Shown: piece by piece, positions 1 through 12,729 of the stretch
How positions within the stretch are numbered: position 1 is the first letter of the stretch
Layout of the letters: each line of letters begins with the position of its first letter
Source of the DNA: the human T2T-CHM13v2.0 reference genome, Homo sapiens
Direction: 5' to 3' (one strand)
DNA: 64,000 nucleotides
NCBI RefSeq assembly: GCF_009914755.1
Contig: NC_060928.1
Notes under the pieces: generated by a model
Databases searched by the model: none
The model's input: only the letters and a program-made list of their open reading frames with translations
What the model was told of the DNA's origin: nothing
Translations under genes and position numbers: made by a program

Positions 1-287
1 TACAGAAACTAAATTTTCTCAAACCAATCAACATGTATCCATCAAGTAGAAATATAATATGTATAGATGATCTTCCAAAAGCAATGCATTTTTATTTTTG
101 TAATATATAGCAAAGTACTGAAGTTGTTACCTTAAAGCAATCAAATGGAGTGACTTGAGCTGATGTTCTAAAGCAATCAAATGTTTTTAAAAAAGAACCA
201 ATGCTCAAATATATTGTTTCCAAATCTTATGTATATACATTATTAAGATTAAAAAGAGTTCTCAGTAAAGCCTATTAAAATACGTCA

Positions 288-434
<147 letters not shown>

Positions 435-870
435 CTATATTAGTTCAATAAAGTTTTAAGGTTAAGGAATTTTTTTTTCTGGTAATTTGTTTGCTAGTAC
501 TTTTCCCATTACATCATTAACCCCTTATTAAAGTTTGATAGTCATTCCAACCAACTAACCCTATATAAACAAGAAATCAAATCAAAAGAAATTGAAAGAG
601 TTTGCAATAATATTGATGAAGAAACTGTATTTCCCAATCTCCAAAATCTTAATATTTTGTGATGCTCTTTTTCTTGTAAGCATATCTCTAATATTTTCAT
701 ATTCATCTCAATCTATGTTCTTTCTTTTAACATACTTTATAAGCTATATTAATCTAAATTCTAATAAAAGCAGTTTTTAAAGCTATCTAGTGGTTTCAAT
801 ACCAACAATGCGTTGAAACAAATTTTCTAAAAGACTCCTGAATAGAAAGTGTTTTGACACAGGAAGTCTT

Positions 871-872
<2 letters not shown>

Positions 873-903
<31 letters not shown>
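873..903. repeat. (CA)n microsatellite
   Basis: Direct inspection. Confidence 0.98.
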
Positions 904-905
<2 letters not shown>

Positions 906-999
906 TTGCCAAAAATGGACAGCGTTTACTTCCTTACAAATGCCCTTTTATTTCTAAACAAAAACACTATTTGCCTGGTTCCTATAAACATGTCATCAC

Positions 1000-1640
1000 A
1001 ACAGGTCCTGACAGGACAATAATCCACCCTCTCTTATATAGTGGAAAAAAATTATTGAACTCTAATTGAAAGAGGGGAAAACTAACATAGGTTATATACA
1101 AAAGCTCTCCAACAATATTAAAGTAGAAACTTAGTCAAATACTCTGTAATATCAGAAACAAGAATAACCACTATTACCGTTCCTGTGTTGCATAAGACAA
1201 GATAACATCGTTAATATACTAAGATAAGAAAGCCCAAAAATACTAATAAAATGTAAAGATAAAATGAAAGGTCCTCATCATTTGCCTATGGTATGATTAT
1301 ATACATAGAAATAGAAAATGGACACATTAACAAATTATTAACATTAAAAATGAAACATCAAACATAAAAATCAACTGCATTTCTGCACACCATATATAAT
1401 CAGTCAAATACATAGCAGAAAATAAGATAGTATTTGCAGAAGTAACAAAATTATAAAGATCTATTAGGAAGCATAAAGAACATAAAAAATGGAATTCCAC
1501 ACTTTGCCTTTAAATGGAATAATTTAACATTTTAGTAACTGATATTTTCAAAATTGATTGATTTGTTCAAAAATTCGGTGCTGACAATCTAAATCTCTAA
1601 AGATGTTTTTCCAAAACTTGACAAATCCTATTTATAAATG
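1000..1640 (+). mobile_element. Old L1M ORF2 fragment
   Basis: Degenerate L1 RT-region motifs ATGATTATATACATAGAAA and AAAATCAACTGCATTTCT; A-rich strand; boundaries approximate. Confidence 0.6.
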
Positions 1641-2640
1641 TATTAGGTAAGGATACATTCTATAAGCAGTTAAATCAGTTACACATGGAAACTAGAACAG
1701 CCTTCCCGCTGCATGAGGACATTTTTAGATTATACTTCCTGTTATGATTAATATTGAGTGTCAACTTGATGGGATTGAAGGATGTGAATTATCATTCCTG
1801 GGTGTGTCTGTGAGGGTGTTGCCAAAGGAGATTAACATGTGAGTCAGTGGTCTTGGAGAGGCAGACCCACCCTCAATCTGGGTGGGCACAATCTAATCAA
1901 CTGCCAGCATGGCTAGCATAAAGCAGGTAGAAGAAGTTGGAAAGAGCAGACTGGCTGAGTCTTCTGGCCTTCTTCTTTCCCCGTGCTGGATGTTTCCTGA
2001 CCTTGAACACCAGATTTCAAGTTCTTCGGTTTTTAAACTCTTGGACTTAACACCAGTTAAGATTTGCCAGGGACTCTGGGGCCTTTGGCCACAGACTGAA
2101 GGCTGCACTGTTGGCTTTTCTAGTTTTATGGTTTTGGGTCTCAGACTGCCTTCCCTGTTCTTCAGCTTGCGGACGATCTATTGTGGGACTTCACCTCGTG
2201 ATTGTGTGAGGCAATACTTCTCGATAAACTCCCCTTCATATATACATCTATCCTACTAGTTCTGTCCCCCTAGAGAACCCTGACTAATATCCTTCCCCAT
2301 TTCCTGTTATTATATATAATCATGTGATTAAGTGTAGCCAATAAAATGAGAACAAAAGAGACATATGCCACTTTGGGGCTCTAGCAACTGATTGCCAGTC
2401 CATTTGTCACTGGCATTGTTCTCCCTTGCCATGGTGATGTGGAAGCACCTGTTCAGGTTGACAGCATTATGAAATGATGGTATATCATCCATCATTGTCA
2501 CTCCCAATTGGTAGAATGAAAGAGCCCCTATGAATCGAAGGGTGGGCACACCTCATGCACAAAACTAAACTATTGTTTTTCTGGCACTGAAAGATCAGAC
2601 AGTTGTTTGCTACCACAGTGTAACATTAACCTGCTTAACA
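1640..2640 (+). mobile_element. Old MLT1-type (MaLR) LTR interrupted by MLT2A2
   Basis: CATGTGATTAAGTGTAGCCAATAAAATGAG...GCCACTTT and terminal TTGCTACCACAG resemble MLT1H-J LTRs; continuous across the MLT2 TSD. Confidence 0.5.
1740..2291 (+). mobile_element. Solo ERV-L LTR, MLT2A2-like
   Basis: Starts TGTTATGATTAATATTGAGTGTCAACTTGA, ends CTAGAGAACCCTGACTAATA; ~550 bp; 5-bp TSD CTTCC at 1735-1739 and 2292-2296. Confidence 0.92.
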
Positions 2641-2699
2641 AGTTGAGGGACTTTCTTCAAATTTTAGGAGATTTCTTTAAATTTGTGGGGAATTTCCTA

Positions 2700-3900
2700 C
2701 AAGAGTCCTAGGCATACTATAAAACAATAAGGAATAATAAGACAAGGCAAATAAATTAATGGGAGAAAATAAAACCCTCAGAGAGAGTCCAAGGTACACA
2801 TAGACACTTGATATATGGTAAAATTAGCACCAACAGTAAATGAGTGAGACACTATTTTAGTAGATGTCTCACTTAATTGAGAACATTAAAAATGAAGCCT
2901 GTCTTACACAATGACTAAAAGTGGATTTTAAGTGCATTATAATATGAATGCGAAAGGTAAAACTATATATTGATTAGGAGAAAATATAGAGAAGAGGTAC
3001 TTGCAGCTTGGTGGAGAGAAATCCTAGAAGAAAAATGCATATAACCCAAACTTATGATTTTGATTCCATCAACAAAGGATTTCACTTAAACAAAAGACAT
3101 CCAAGAAAAGTTAGCAAAGGGATATAAGGTTGGGAAAAAAATACTTAAAATATCTGAAGTTTCAAGGGATTAATTTTTAGGACAAAAAAGCAATTTTATA
3201 TCAATTTGCAAAATACAGGAAACTGAAAGAAAAACATAGCAGCCTGTAAACAGGCAATTACATGGTTAGTAAATATATGATAAGACGTGCAAATTTATTT
3301 TTGATGAGACAACACACATTAAATAATCAATAAGAGATCTTTAGGTTGACAAAATATAGAAAGTTGGACCACGCCATCTATTGGAAAAGAAATTAAGGAA
3401 AACAGCAAAACTTGTGTCCTACTGATAGAAGTAGAATGTGAAGATGATCTGGAGAAAATATGATAGTATTTACAAAAATTAAATAATTTTATACCCAATG
3501 ACACATCTATATCTGGAGGTGTAGTCAAGGGTCCCTGAGGAAACATGAATGGCAGTGTTTCCTGCATAATTATTTGGGGTTAAAGGAATTACAAGTCCTT
3601 AGCATTCTGGGAACATACCACTGAGGAAAAGGATAAAAAAGCAGTCTAAAGAGATAGTATGGATTATTACTAAGCGATTAAAAGCTGCAAACTCAATATG
3701 TGTCCAGTGACATGATTAGATAATAAAAATCACTGCTCATTGAAAGAAACTAAAGGAAGTATTTTTCACAATATTATGCAAATTCATAAAGCATAAACAC
3801 AAATAACACTGTATATTTTATAACAACACCTGAAGTTACAACGATGGCAGGAGTATTAAGATTGTGAAATAGGGATTAAAACTGAAAAAAAATTAAATGG
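2700..3900 (+). mobile_element. Old L1M ORF2 3' part and 3' region
   Basis: Degenerate L1 motifs (GACACTTGATATATG, AGGAGAAAATATAGAG, AAACAGGCAATT); probably continues the 1000-1640 fragment. Confidence 0.6.
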
Positions 3901-4840
3901 CTTTACAAGACCCAACAATTACATGCCATAAATTACCTTGTGGAATGATAATTCCTAAAATCCATTAATGTTTTATATTTGAACAACTTCTCCATTTAAT
4001 AATATAAATTTTCATACCAGAAGCAAAAAGCTCGAACATTGGATATATTCGTGTACTTTAAACTTGAGTAGACACAGGTCCAAATTAGATCTAACATTGG
4101 TAGATCAAGCATTGGTTGAGATTTTAAACTATCTTTGTATGTCAGCAAGTTACAAAACCAGGCAACTTGATCAATCTTATAATAGCATGAATCCAAAAGT
4201 CCTTGATAAGCGGTCTTCCAAAGGAAAACTTGAAAGTACTGTTTATAGGTCTGTGTCTAGTGAAGGTAGGCATAGAATAAAATATACATTCACCAAATAA
4301 GAAGGGCCATTAGTGGTTCTAAGGGTCATGTGAGTGAGTAATGGACTTTCACATGAGCCCCACTTCAACCATTCTGTTTACTGGCACAAGGCTGTATTTT
4401 ACCCAAGCAATCTTACATAAGCAAACAATACAATCTAGAATAGTTGACTTCTTATTGTGCCAGTATTCACCATGGATTCCCTCCAATACTAATTCAATAC
4501 TGTTTCCTCTCCATCCACTGGATTACTTAGAGATTAATCTGTAGCTCTATATCATGACCAGTGGAAGATGCCAGTTTTATGTAACAAAAATCTGTTTTCC
4601 CATAGCTTTAAAAAATTCCTTGAGCTAGCTTGACACACATAATTTCCAAAATCAAAGCCACTCTAGCACAAATGATGTCAATCCTTGATGTCAATCCTTA
4701 CACCTACCTCTGCTCTTTGCTGCAGAACCTTAGGTTATTTCCCAGTTTCTCTGCATTATGCCAGTAAAAGAAAAGTCCCACTGTGTAGCACAAAGGTTGT
4801 CTAACCTTCTCCTCCTGAGAGGCTCATATATCACAGCTGT

Positions 4841-5050
4841 TGTGTTAGTTTACATCCTTCAAGAGGCAGGCACAAAGCTGGGAATAAATGTGTCAGAGAA
4901 TTATTGGAGAATAAGAATTGTGTAGGGAAATGACAAGGGAGTCAATGGAGGCTGAAGAGCTGTCTGACCACTAAGGTCCAGGTCTGAACACCGTGAAGGA
5001 AAGGGGAAATCATTGAAAGAAGGTCTTATAGAACTGCATTGCAATCTATT
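4841..5050 (-). mobile_element. Partial LTR33-like ERV-L LTR (3' LTR of the relic provirus)
   Basis: AGAATTATTGG...GAGCTGTCTGACCAC...AGGTCTGAACACCGTGAAGGA...CTGCATTGCA is colinear with 8500-8655 and with the recalled LTR33 consensus. Confidence 0.65.
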
Positions 5051-5502
5051 GATCAGACACTCCAAACCCCTATATAATGATGTTTGCAGACAGGAATGGC
5101 AAATCTATACCCAGAATAGGTATCCATTCTTTGAGACTGAGACAAGGACCCCAGGATGAAAGGGACCCAATTTAGTCAATCTACTACAAAGTGGATGCCT
5201 GGTTTTCCCAAGGAATAGTGCTATATAAGAGGCCCAGTGTTGGTCTCCGTGTAGAATCAGTTGGACATTCAAAGTCAGCACTATCTATATCAGCCTTGGT
5301 AAGTGGGAGTCCATGCCATTGAGTCCATGCATCGCTCCCATCCCTGCTAGCATGGAAACTCCACTTGTGAATCCACAGCACCAATTTGAGGGCATCTCAT
5401 AACAAAGGCTGGCAAACACCCACTGGCCAAGTCATTTTGTCCACTTGGTTGCTCAGTACCTCTTCCATAGTAGACAGTTTCTGTCAGGTGATAAACTATG
5501 AT

Positions 5503-6015
5503 TATATTAATTTCCTAATGCTCTTCTGAAAAATTACCATAAAATGAGTGACTTAAAACAAATTTACTCCCTTACACGTTGGGGGAGCGTGAGAAGTCTG
5601 ACATGAGTCTTAGAAAGCTCTTACAAAGTGTTTCCAGGGCTGGTTCCTACTGGAGGCTCCAAAGGAGAAGCAGTTTCCTTGCCTTTTCCAGCTTCCGGCT
5701 GCATTCCTTGGATTCCTAGCCCCATGGTCCTTTACTCCACCTTCAAAGCCACCAACTTGGTATCTTCTAACATTTCTCTTTTTTCACTGTCCTATCACCT
5801 TCTCCTCTTCCGTAATCAATTCTCTCTTTGCCCTCCTCCTATAAGGACAATTGTGATTGCATTTAGGGCCCCCTGGATAATTAAGGATAATCTTCCTATT
5901 TCAAAATCCTTAACTTAAATCTGTGAAAGTCACTTTTGTCATATAAAATAACATTCAGAGGTTCCAGGCTCTCAGAACGTTGTTATATTTGGCAGCCATT
6001 ATTCTGTCTAACACA
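5503..6015 (-). mobile_element. MLT1D-like MaLR solo LTR inserted in ERV-L pol
   Basis: GGATAATCTTCCTATTTCAAAATCCTTAACTTAA and end GCCATTATTCTGTCTAACACA. Confidence 0.85.
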
Positions 6016-6651
6016 GTGGCACAGAATTCTTTCCACTTTGCATGCATTACCATGTTCATTCACATGCCTCTACACCAGACCCCCAGACCTTTACATTCCA
6101 AACCCCTAGCAGGCAGCCAGGCCATTGGCCACTGCTCAGGAACCTGCATGCATTCTCATCTCAGGCCACTTTTCCTCCTCTACCAAAACAGCAAGCAAGT
6201 GCACTACTTTGCATCTCCACCATGGAGAAAGTTTTTCTTCTCCATTGTATGTGAACACCGTACCTAAATGTGGCTGTAATACTGACCGTGTTCAGTTTAT
6301 AGCCATGAATCAAACTGACCCATATATAAACTGAGTTTCTTTTTTTTCTCTTCTTTGAGCTGGTTGTAAAACGGCAGCAACAACAAAAACGTACATATAG
6401 ATATAAGTACAAGGTGGGGGAAGAGAATTAGTGAAATTCTGGGGAGTGACCTGAAGGTCTGGGCTATGTACTCATGAGATTTACTCATGCCTACTGCTCC
6501 TGCTGAAGCTCCATCTTAAGAGACATCATTTCTCTATTTCTATCTTATGAGGGATGGCTGTGGAGCCTAGGCAACTTTTGAGCTGGTGGGTCAGCCAGAA
6601 CTCAACACATAATGGGCAGATCCAGACCCACTGTCACTTTGTGATCAGTGA

Positions 6652-6990
<339 letters not shown>

Positions 6991-8053
6991 TGCCAGGAGC
7001 CATTTTTTAAAGGGTGCAAAATGCACTGCTGAAGATGGCATGACCTTGCTCCAGCATTCTTAGGGCTTGGGCAATAATTCCCCCATGAAGGCTTGATGTG
7101 AGACTCAAATAGCATCTTTGTCCACCACTGTCACCTCCAACACCATTGGTTCTGCCAGGCCAAGGGCCAGGGCTGCTTACACCAAATCCTGAAACTGTTG
7201 GAGCCCCTTCCTACTGAAGGCTCCATTCACCACTAGCTGAATTCCATGTCACCTGGTTTCTGCAATGTAACAATATTCCTGTGTGTTGAAACATTTTACC
7301 TCCATAACCCAAAAAGGTCTGCCTGGCTCTGTGATTCCATATTTTTATGTGACAGGGAATGCAAGATCCCACCATTTCTTGCTTTTAGAGGCTACCTTGG
7401 CATGCCCCTGACCATTGAAACTCTACAAACTTTACTGAAAAGATAGGTCCATGAATCTTTATAAGAGGTATCTCCCATCCTCTGGAGCAGAAGGACTCCA
7501 GGCTACTAGCCAATATCCTCAGGGGCATCCATCCAGATGTCTCCATCCCATATTTCTGGGTTTCAGGTTTTCTCAGTCAGAATCCTGAACTTAGAAAACA
7601 GATCTGTCTTGGCCGAGCCTTTAAACATCTCTGCAACTCTTCAACTCCTTCAAATATTGTATTTGTTGCTCAGTTGTTTCCACCATTGCACTGCAGGAGG
7701 TACAGACTTAATTGCATGTTACCAAAGAAACCCTCTGACTCTCACATTTAGTCTTTGACTGTTTTTTCCTGGCTCCCAGTATTCTGTTAGTCCTAGGTAG
7801 AACATCAGTACAACTTAAGCACAACCCAAGCACCTTTACAGTTTTTGTAGGATTTGTTCCTATGCATCTTTCATTCATTGCAACAGCAAGAGCACTCCTC
7901 TCCATTGGGTTATTTCCCCAGGTCACCTCCAGTGGACTCTTTAGCAAATAGATAACAAATAGGCTAGGGATTTCCTTTGTTTCATATACCACTGAGAATG
8001 GAATGTGCTTTTTGTTTTGTTTGTTTTGTTTTTCCTACCAGGCAATCAGTGAG

Positions 8054-8447
8054 TGTGTTCACCCACTTTGCATTTGCTATAAAGGAATACCTGAGGCTGG
8101 GTAATTTGTAAAGAAGTTTATTTGGCTCACAGTTCTGCAGGCTGTACAAGAATAGCATCTACTTGGCCTTAGGAATATTTTACTCATGGCAGAAGGTGAA
8201 AGGGGAGCAGGTGTGTCCCTGAATCTGGCAAGTGAGGGAGCAAGAGAGATGTCAGGTTCCTTTAAACAACCAGCTCTCACGTGAACTAATAGAGTGAGAA
8301 CTCACTCATTACCATGGGGATGGGCACCAAGACATTCCTGAGGGATCCACCCCTATGGCCAAAACAGCACCCACCAGGCCCCACCTCCACAACTGGGGAT
8401 CAAATTTACACATGAGATTTGGAAAGGACAAATATCCAAACTGTACA
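8054..8447 (-). mobile_element. MSTB-like MaLR solo LTR
   Basis: GCTATAAAGGAATACCTGAGGCTGGGTAATTT...CATGAGATTTGG..GGACAAATATCCAAAC; TSD GTGAG at 8049-8053 and 8448-8452. Confidence 0.9.
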
Positions 8448-8477
8448 GTGAGCCAGTTCTAGTACCTCCCCATACTG

Positions 8478-8893
8478 CCTTTGTTCCAGAACCACCCCAG
8501 AGATTTATCAAGGAAAATGGCTGTGAGAAAAAATTGAAAGGGAACCAGAGGAGAATAAAGAGCCATTAGACAGAGATGAAAATCTGCTCCCTGTGAAAGA
8601 GAGAGGGAAGGAAGAGAAGATTCATATAAAGAGACTTAGACTGCAGTGCATTTCTGAGAAAGTTCAGCCAAGCTCAGAGGAGAGTTCTTCAGCTAAAATC
8701 ACTTGTCAGAGGAGTTTATGTCTCACAGGGATGGATCTTCCTTAGTACCAAGGCTCTGCTCCATCAGTGACCAAGAACATTGTGTTGGATGTCTGGCCAC
8801 TTCATAAGCGTAGTGGTATATTGAGAGACATCAGTTAATTAAGCCATAAGTCAATTAAGGAGATCTGAGAGGCCCACATTAATGGTTACCACA
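8478..8893 (-). mobile_element. LTR33-like ERV-L LTR (5' LTR of the relic provirus)
   Basis: GACTGCAGTGCATTTCTGAGAAAGTT...GTCAGAGGAGT...GGAGATCTGAG...ATGGTTACCACA; an ERV-L PBS-like GGTACTAGAACTGG follows on the minus strand at ~8453-8466. Confidence 0.75.
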
Positions 8894-9539
8894 ACCAGCA
8901 ACTTCAAAAGAGCACTCAGGGAGGAACATGCAGCAGCTACAGATTTGTTCTGTGTCTCTTTTTTTCTGAACAAAGAAGGATTTTGAAGATGTAGGTTTCT
9001 TGCTCATGGGCCCCGCAATGTTATATTCTGGTCCTGCAGCTGCACAGACTGCATCCCTCTTACTTACTCTGAAACAATCTTCTTGAAAACAGATGTGTCA
9101 GGAAGGAATGAAAACTATCTCCTCTATTCAAAGTTGCATTCGTAAGAGATACATGTTCAGTGTTATCTTAAGAATTCATTTTTCTTCTTTAAAGTTTTAG
9201 CTTTTAATTACACCATTCCAAGGACAAGTGAAAAGGAATTTCTCATGGAACCACCATTTTCTGTCCACATGCAATTTTTGTTTACCCCTCAATTCCCATC
9301 AATCTGGTTCAGTTCTTTTATGCATGTGCACTCACACATTGCAGTAGAAGAATATAAAGGGATGTGATTATGAAACACATTATCACAAAGCAGCAGTAAA
9401 TTTTTTCTTGCTCCTCATCACTTTGCCTACGCTTAGCAAAATTGGGCAGAATAGTATTAGAGATGTGGATTTCTATGCTCTACTAATTTATATAATACCT
9501 TGTTTCTATCTTTTCTAACTTTTCCATCTACTTAGTACC

Positions 9540-9990
9540 TTTCATGCGCGTCCGTGTGAAGAGACCACCAAACAGGCTTTGTGTGAGCAATAAAGCTTTT
9601 AATCACCTGGGAGCAGGTGGGCTGAGTCCGAAAAGAGAGTCAGTGAAGGGAGTTAAGGGTGGGGCCGTTTTATAGGATTTGGGTAGGTAAAGGAAAATTA
9701 CAGTCAAAGGGGGTTTGTTCTATGGCGGGCAGGAGTAGGGGTCGCAAGGTGCTCAGTGGGGGTGCTTTTTGAGCCAGGATGAGCCAGGAAAAGGACTTTC
9801 ACAAGGTAATGTCATCAGTTAAGGCAAGGACCGGCCATTTACACGTCTTTTATGGTGGAATATCATCAGTTAAGGTGGGGCAGGGCATATTCACTTCTTT
9901 TGTGATTCTTCAGTTACTTCAGGCCATCTGGGCATATACATGCAGGTCACAGGGGATGCGATGGCTTGGCTTGGGCTCAGAGGCCTGACA
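9540..9990 (-). mobile_element. HERV-H solo LTR (LTR7)
   Basis: Minus strand reads TGTCAGGCCTCTGAGCCCAAGCCAAGCCATCGC...CACACGGACGCGCATGAAA; 451 bp; perfect TSD GTACC at 9535-9539 and 9991-9995. Confidence 0.97.
9668..9676 (-). promoter_or_regulatory. LTR7 TATA box
   Basis: CCTATAAAA on the minus strand at the canonical U3 position; activity not shown. Confidence 0.7.
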
Positions 9991-10609
9991 GTACCCTTTC
10001 CTTCTACCTAGCTGTACTGTTTTTAGTAGAAAATTAACAAGAACTTTTGTAACTTTTTATGTTAACTTAAAATATTTTTATAGAATGTTGATTGAAGAGT
10101 CATCATCTGAGTAAAATTTAAAGAATGCAATTGATTTTCCTCCTTGTTACTCCTGACAAGTATATACTCACACTCATAGCTGGAGGTGGTCCCTTAAATA
10201 ACATATACCTACTACCACTCCTTATTCACTCTTTTCATTACCCCGAATGATAATCAATCCTTCCCAGGTCTTGAGGCATAGAACAACAACATAGGGCCAA
10301 ATCAAAAGCAAGTGAAATTGTTCCTCACAATTCCTCCATTTCCTCACCCAGGCACATTCCATTGACTTGATGCAGGCTTCCCCAGGCTTCATCTCTTTTC
10401 TTATCCCAGCTCTCTGACATCCACATAATGCCCTCCAGACTTACTGCAGATTTCCAGAACATAACAGTGTTATTCATCCTCATGAAATCACTTCAATTTC
10501 CCTTAGCTATTCTCCATCAGAGTCTCATTACAAGCTGATGAGGACAAGCCTCTATGCCAAGGTGACCTAAAAACAGAGCCCTCAAGGAAGTTAAGATACC
10601 ATATAGCTA

Positions 10610-10808
10610 TTATGGCAATTGTTTGGAAAGATGTCCTAACTCTCCTCCTCTATCCACATTTCTTTGAAATTGACATTCCAGATCTTCCCATAAATAGATA
10701 GAGTCTATTTTCCTATTCTTTGTCACTTACTTTGAAAAATAAAGTACAACCAGGTAATATTGTGCAGGTTTTGAGCCTAGGCTTTAAGAGGTCTTCTATA
10801 ATTTTACT

Positions 10809-10844
<36 letters not shown>

Positions 10845-11117
10845 ATCTCCCTCTCTGAAATTTTAACAAGGGTCATTGTGAACAAGCCTCAGATTGCCTG
10901 CTGGAGAATGAAAGACCACGTGCGTTAAAATTAATAGATCCTAATAATATCTTTCTAGATTATCTATCCACATCCCCATACCCAGCACACTCTGGCAGCT
11001 GAATGCAGCACATGAGTAAATTTAGCTGAGAATGGAAGAATCACATAGCTGACCCCAGGCCAAATTTTTGATCTGCATAGTTTGAGTTGTTGTTACACAA
11101 CAAAGCTAACTGATACA
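10610..11117 (+). mobile_element. MLT1G/H-like MaLR LTR containing (CT)15 at 10811-10840
   Basis: GAGTCTATTTTCC...GAGCCTAGGCTTTAAGAGG; ends TTGTTACACAACAAAGCTAACTGATACA. Confidence 0.75.
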
Positions 11118-12394
11118 CTGTGGGAAGAAACTTTCAGACAAAAGTTACATCAAAGGTCTTAAAATAACAGTGTTTTGGTGAGATAGAACAGAGTTTATGA
11201 TAAGACTTTTGGATTTTACTCACTATGTCATTGGAGATTTTTGAGCTAAGTAGTGGCTCAATGTGCAAAACTGTAATTTTAAATCACCATGAAATTGAAC
11301 TACTGCCATTTGTGAAGAGAAAATGTAACTATAAGTTTTGCCCCAGAGAATAGAAAACATTTACATGGATATAATAGACAGCATATTAATACATGAAGAT
11401 ATCTGTTATATATTCTAATGACTTAGTACAAATCTATGTTTTATTCACTTTTTAAGCATAGTCGTATAAATATTTTTCTCCTTTATGAAGCATATTTATG
11501 TGAAAGACACGCTCTATAAACCAGACTGGAATTCCACCTCTCATTATTTTTCACATTCTTGCTATTTAAAGAAGCATAATAAAATGGGACATTGACAAAT
11601 ACTTTGAGGAAAACAACTTAAATATACCTTCTAAACACATGCTTTTTTCCATCAACTAAAAGTGCAGTTTTCTTTTGAAAATCTTTCAAAGAAAAATTGA
11701 TGTATAAAAATCATTTCTTACACGTTCACATAAATTGTCTATTATAAAAAATCAGTAAAATTTTCTGCTCAGTGGAATAAAATAACAATGTATGTGATGT
11801 ATAACAGGAACTATAAACACTACCAAAAATAAATATAATAAATACTAGATAGCAAAATAATGGCCATTTAGAAGTAGATTCTTAAACATTTATCATGATA
11901 AAAAGCTAAATTTATCTATTTAAAATGTTTTAGAATCAAAAAACAAAGTTTATTTTCTGTCAAAATGCTGACTTTTATTATAATACTTTGGAAATGTATT
12001 ATCTTAGCAAGAATACAAGACTTTAACCTCAGTTTGAAGATACAATATTTTAAAACAGACCAAATTACTAAATACCTCTAAATATATTTCATCCCTACAA
12101 AATACATTTTTATTACAATAATAATTTGTTCCTTTTTGATAGTGGTGAGCTTACATAGTAAGAAAATAATTATGTGAAAATATAGAATATATTTTCTTTA
12201 CTCAGAAACGAAAGTTTCAAGCCAGTATTCTAATACCACTGTAGCCAGTGACTTGGTATGCAAAAGGTCATAGAAAATGACTTTTTATTTCAGTATGAAA
12301 TGTAAACATGGTCTTTAAATGTTAGAAAAATTTGGTTACCTCATAACATAAAATCAGATACTCACTGAGTGGCTAACATAAAGAGCACCCTCGA

Positions 12395-12540
12395 ATTACT
12401 TAATGAATACAATGTACATTATTCAGGTGATGAATGAATGAAACACCCAGACTTCCCCACTTTGCAATATACCCATGTAACAAAATTGCACTTGTACCCC
12501 TTAAATGTATACAAATAAAAATAAATATATAAATAAAAAG
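12395..12540 (+). mobile_element. L1MA-type 3' end fragment
   Basis: CCCAGACTTCCCCACTTTGCAATATACCCATGTAACAAAATTGCACTTGTACCCCTTAAA plus A-rich tail. Confidence 0.85.
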
Positions 12541-12729
12541 CATTCTCAGACTAAGAGAAACTACTAGGTTTTTCATATAAAATAATTTAAATTAATATTA
12601 ATAAACACCTTTTTTATTACACTTTTGTCAAGTCCAAAGACATTTTAAGAAATAATAAACTATTATATTCTATTATCTTTTTAATGAACTATAAAGTTTA
12701 GATGAACCATAGTATTCATCTTCTCCCTG

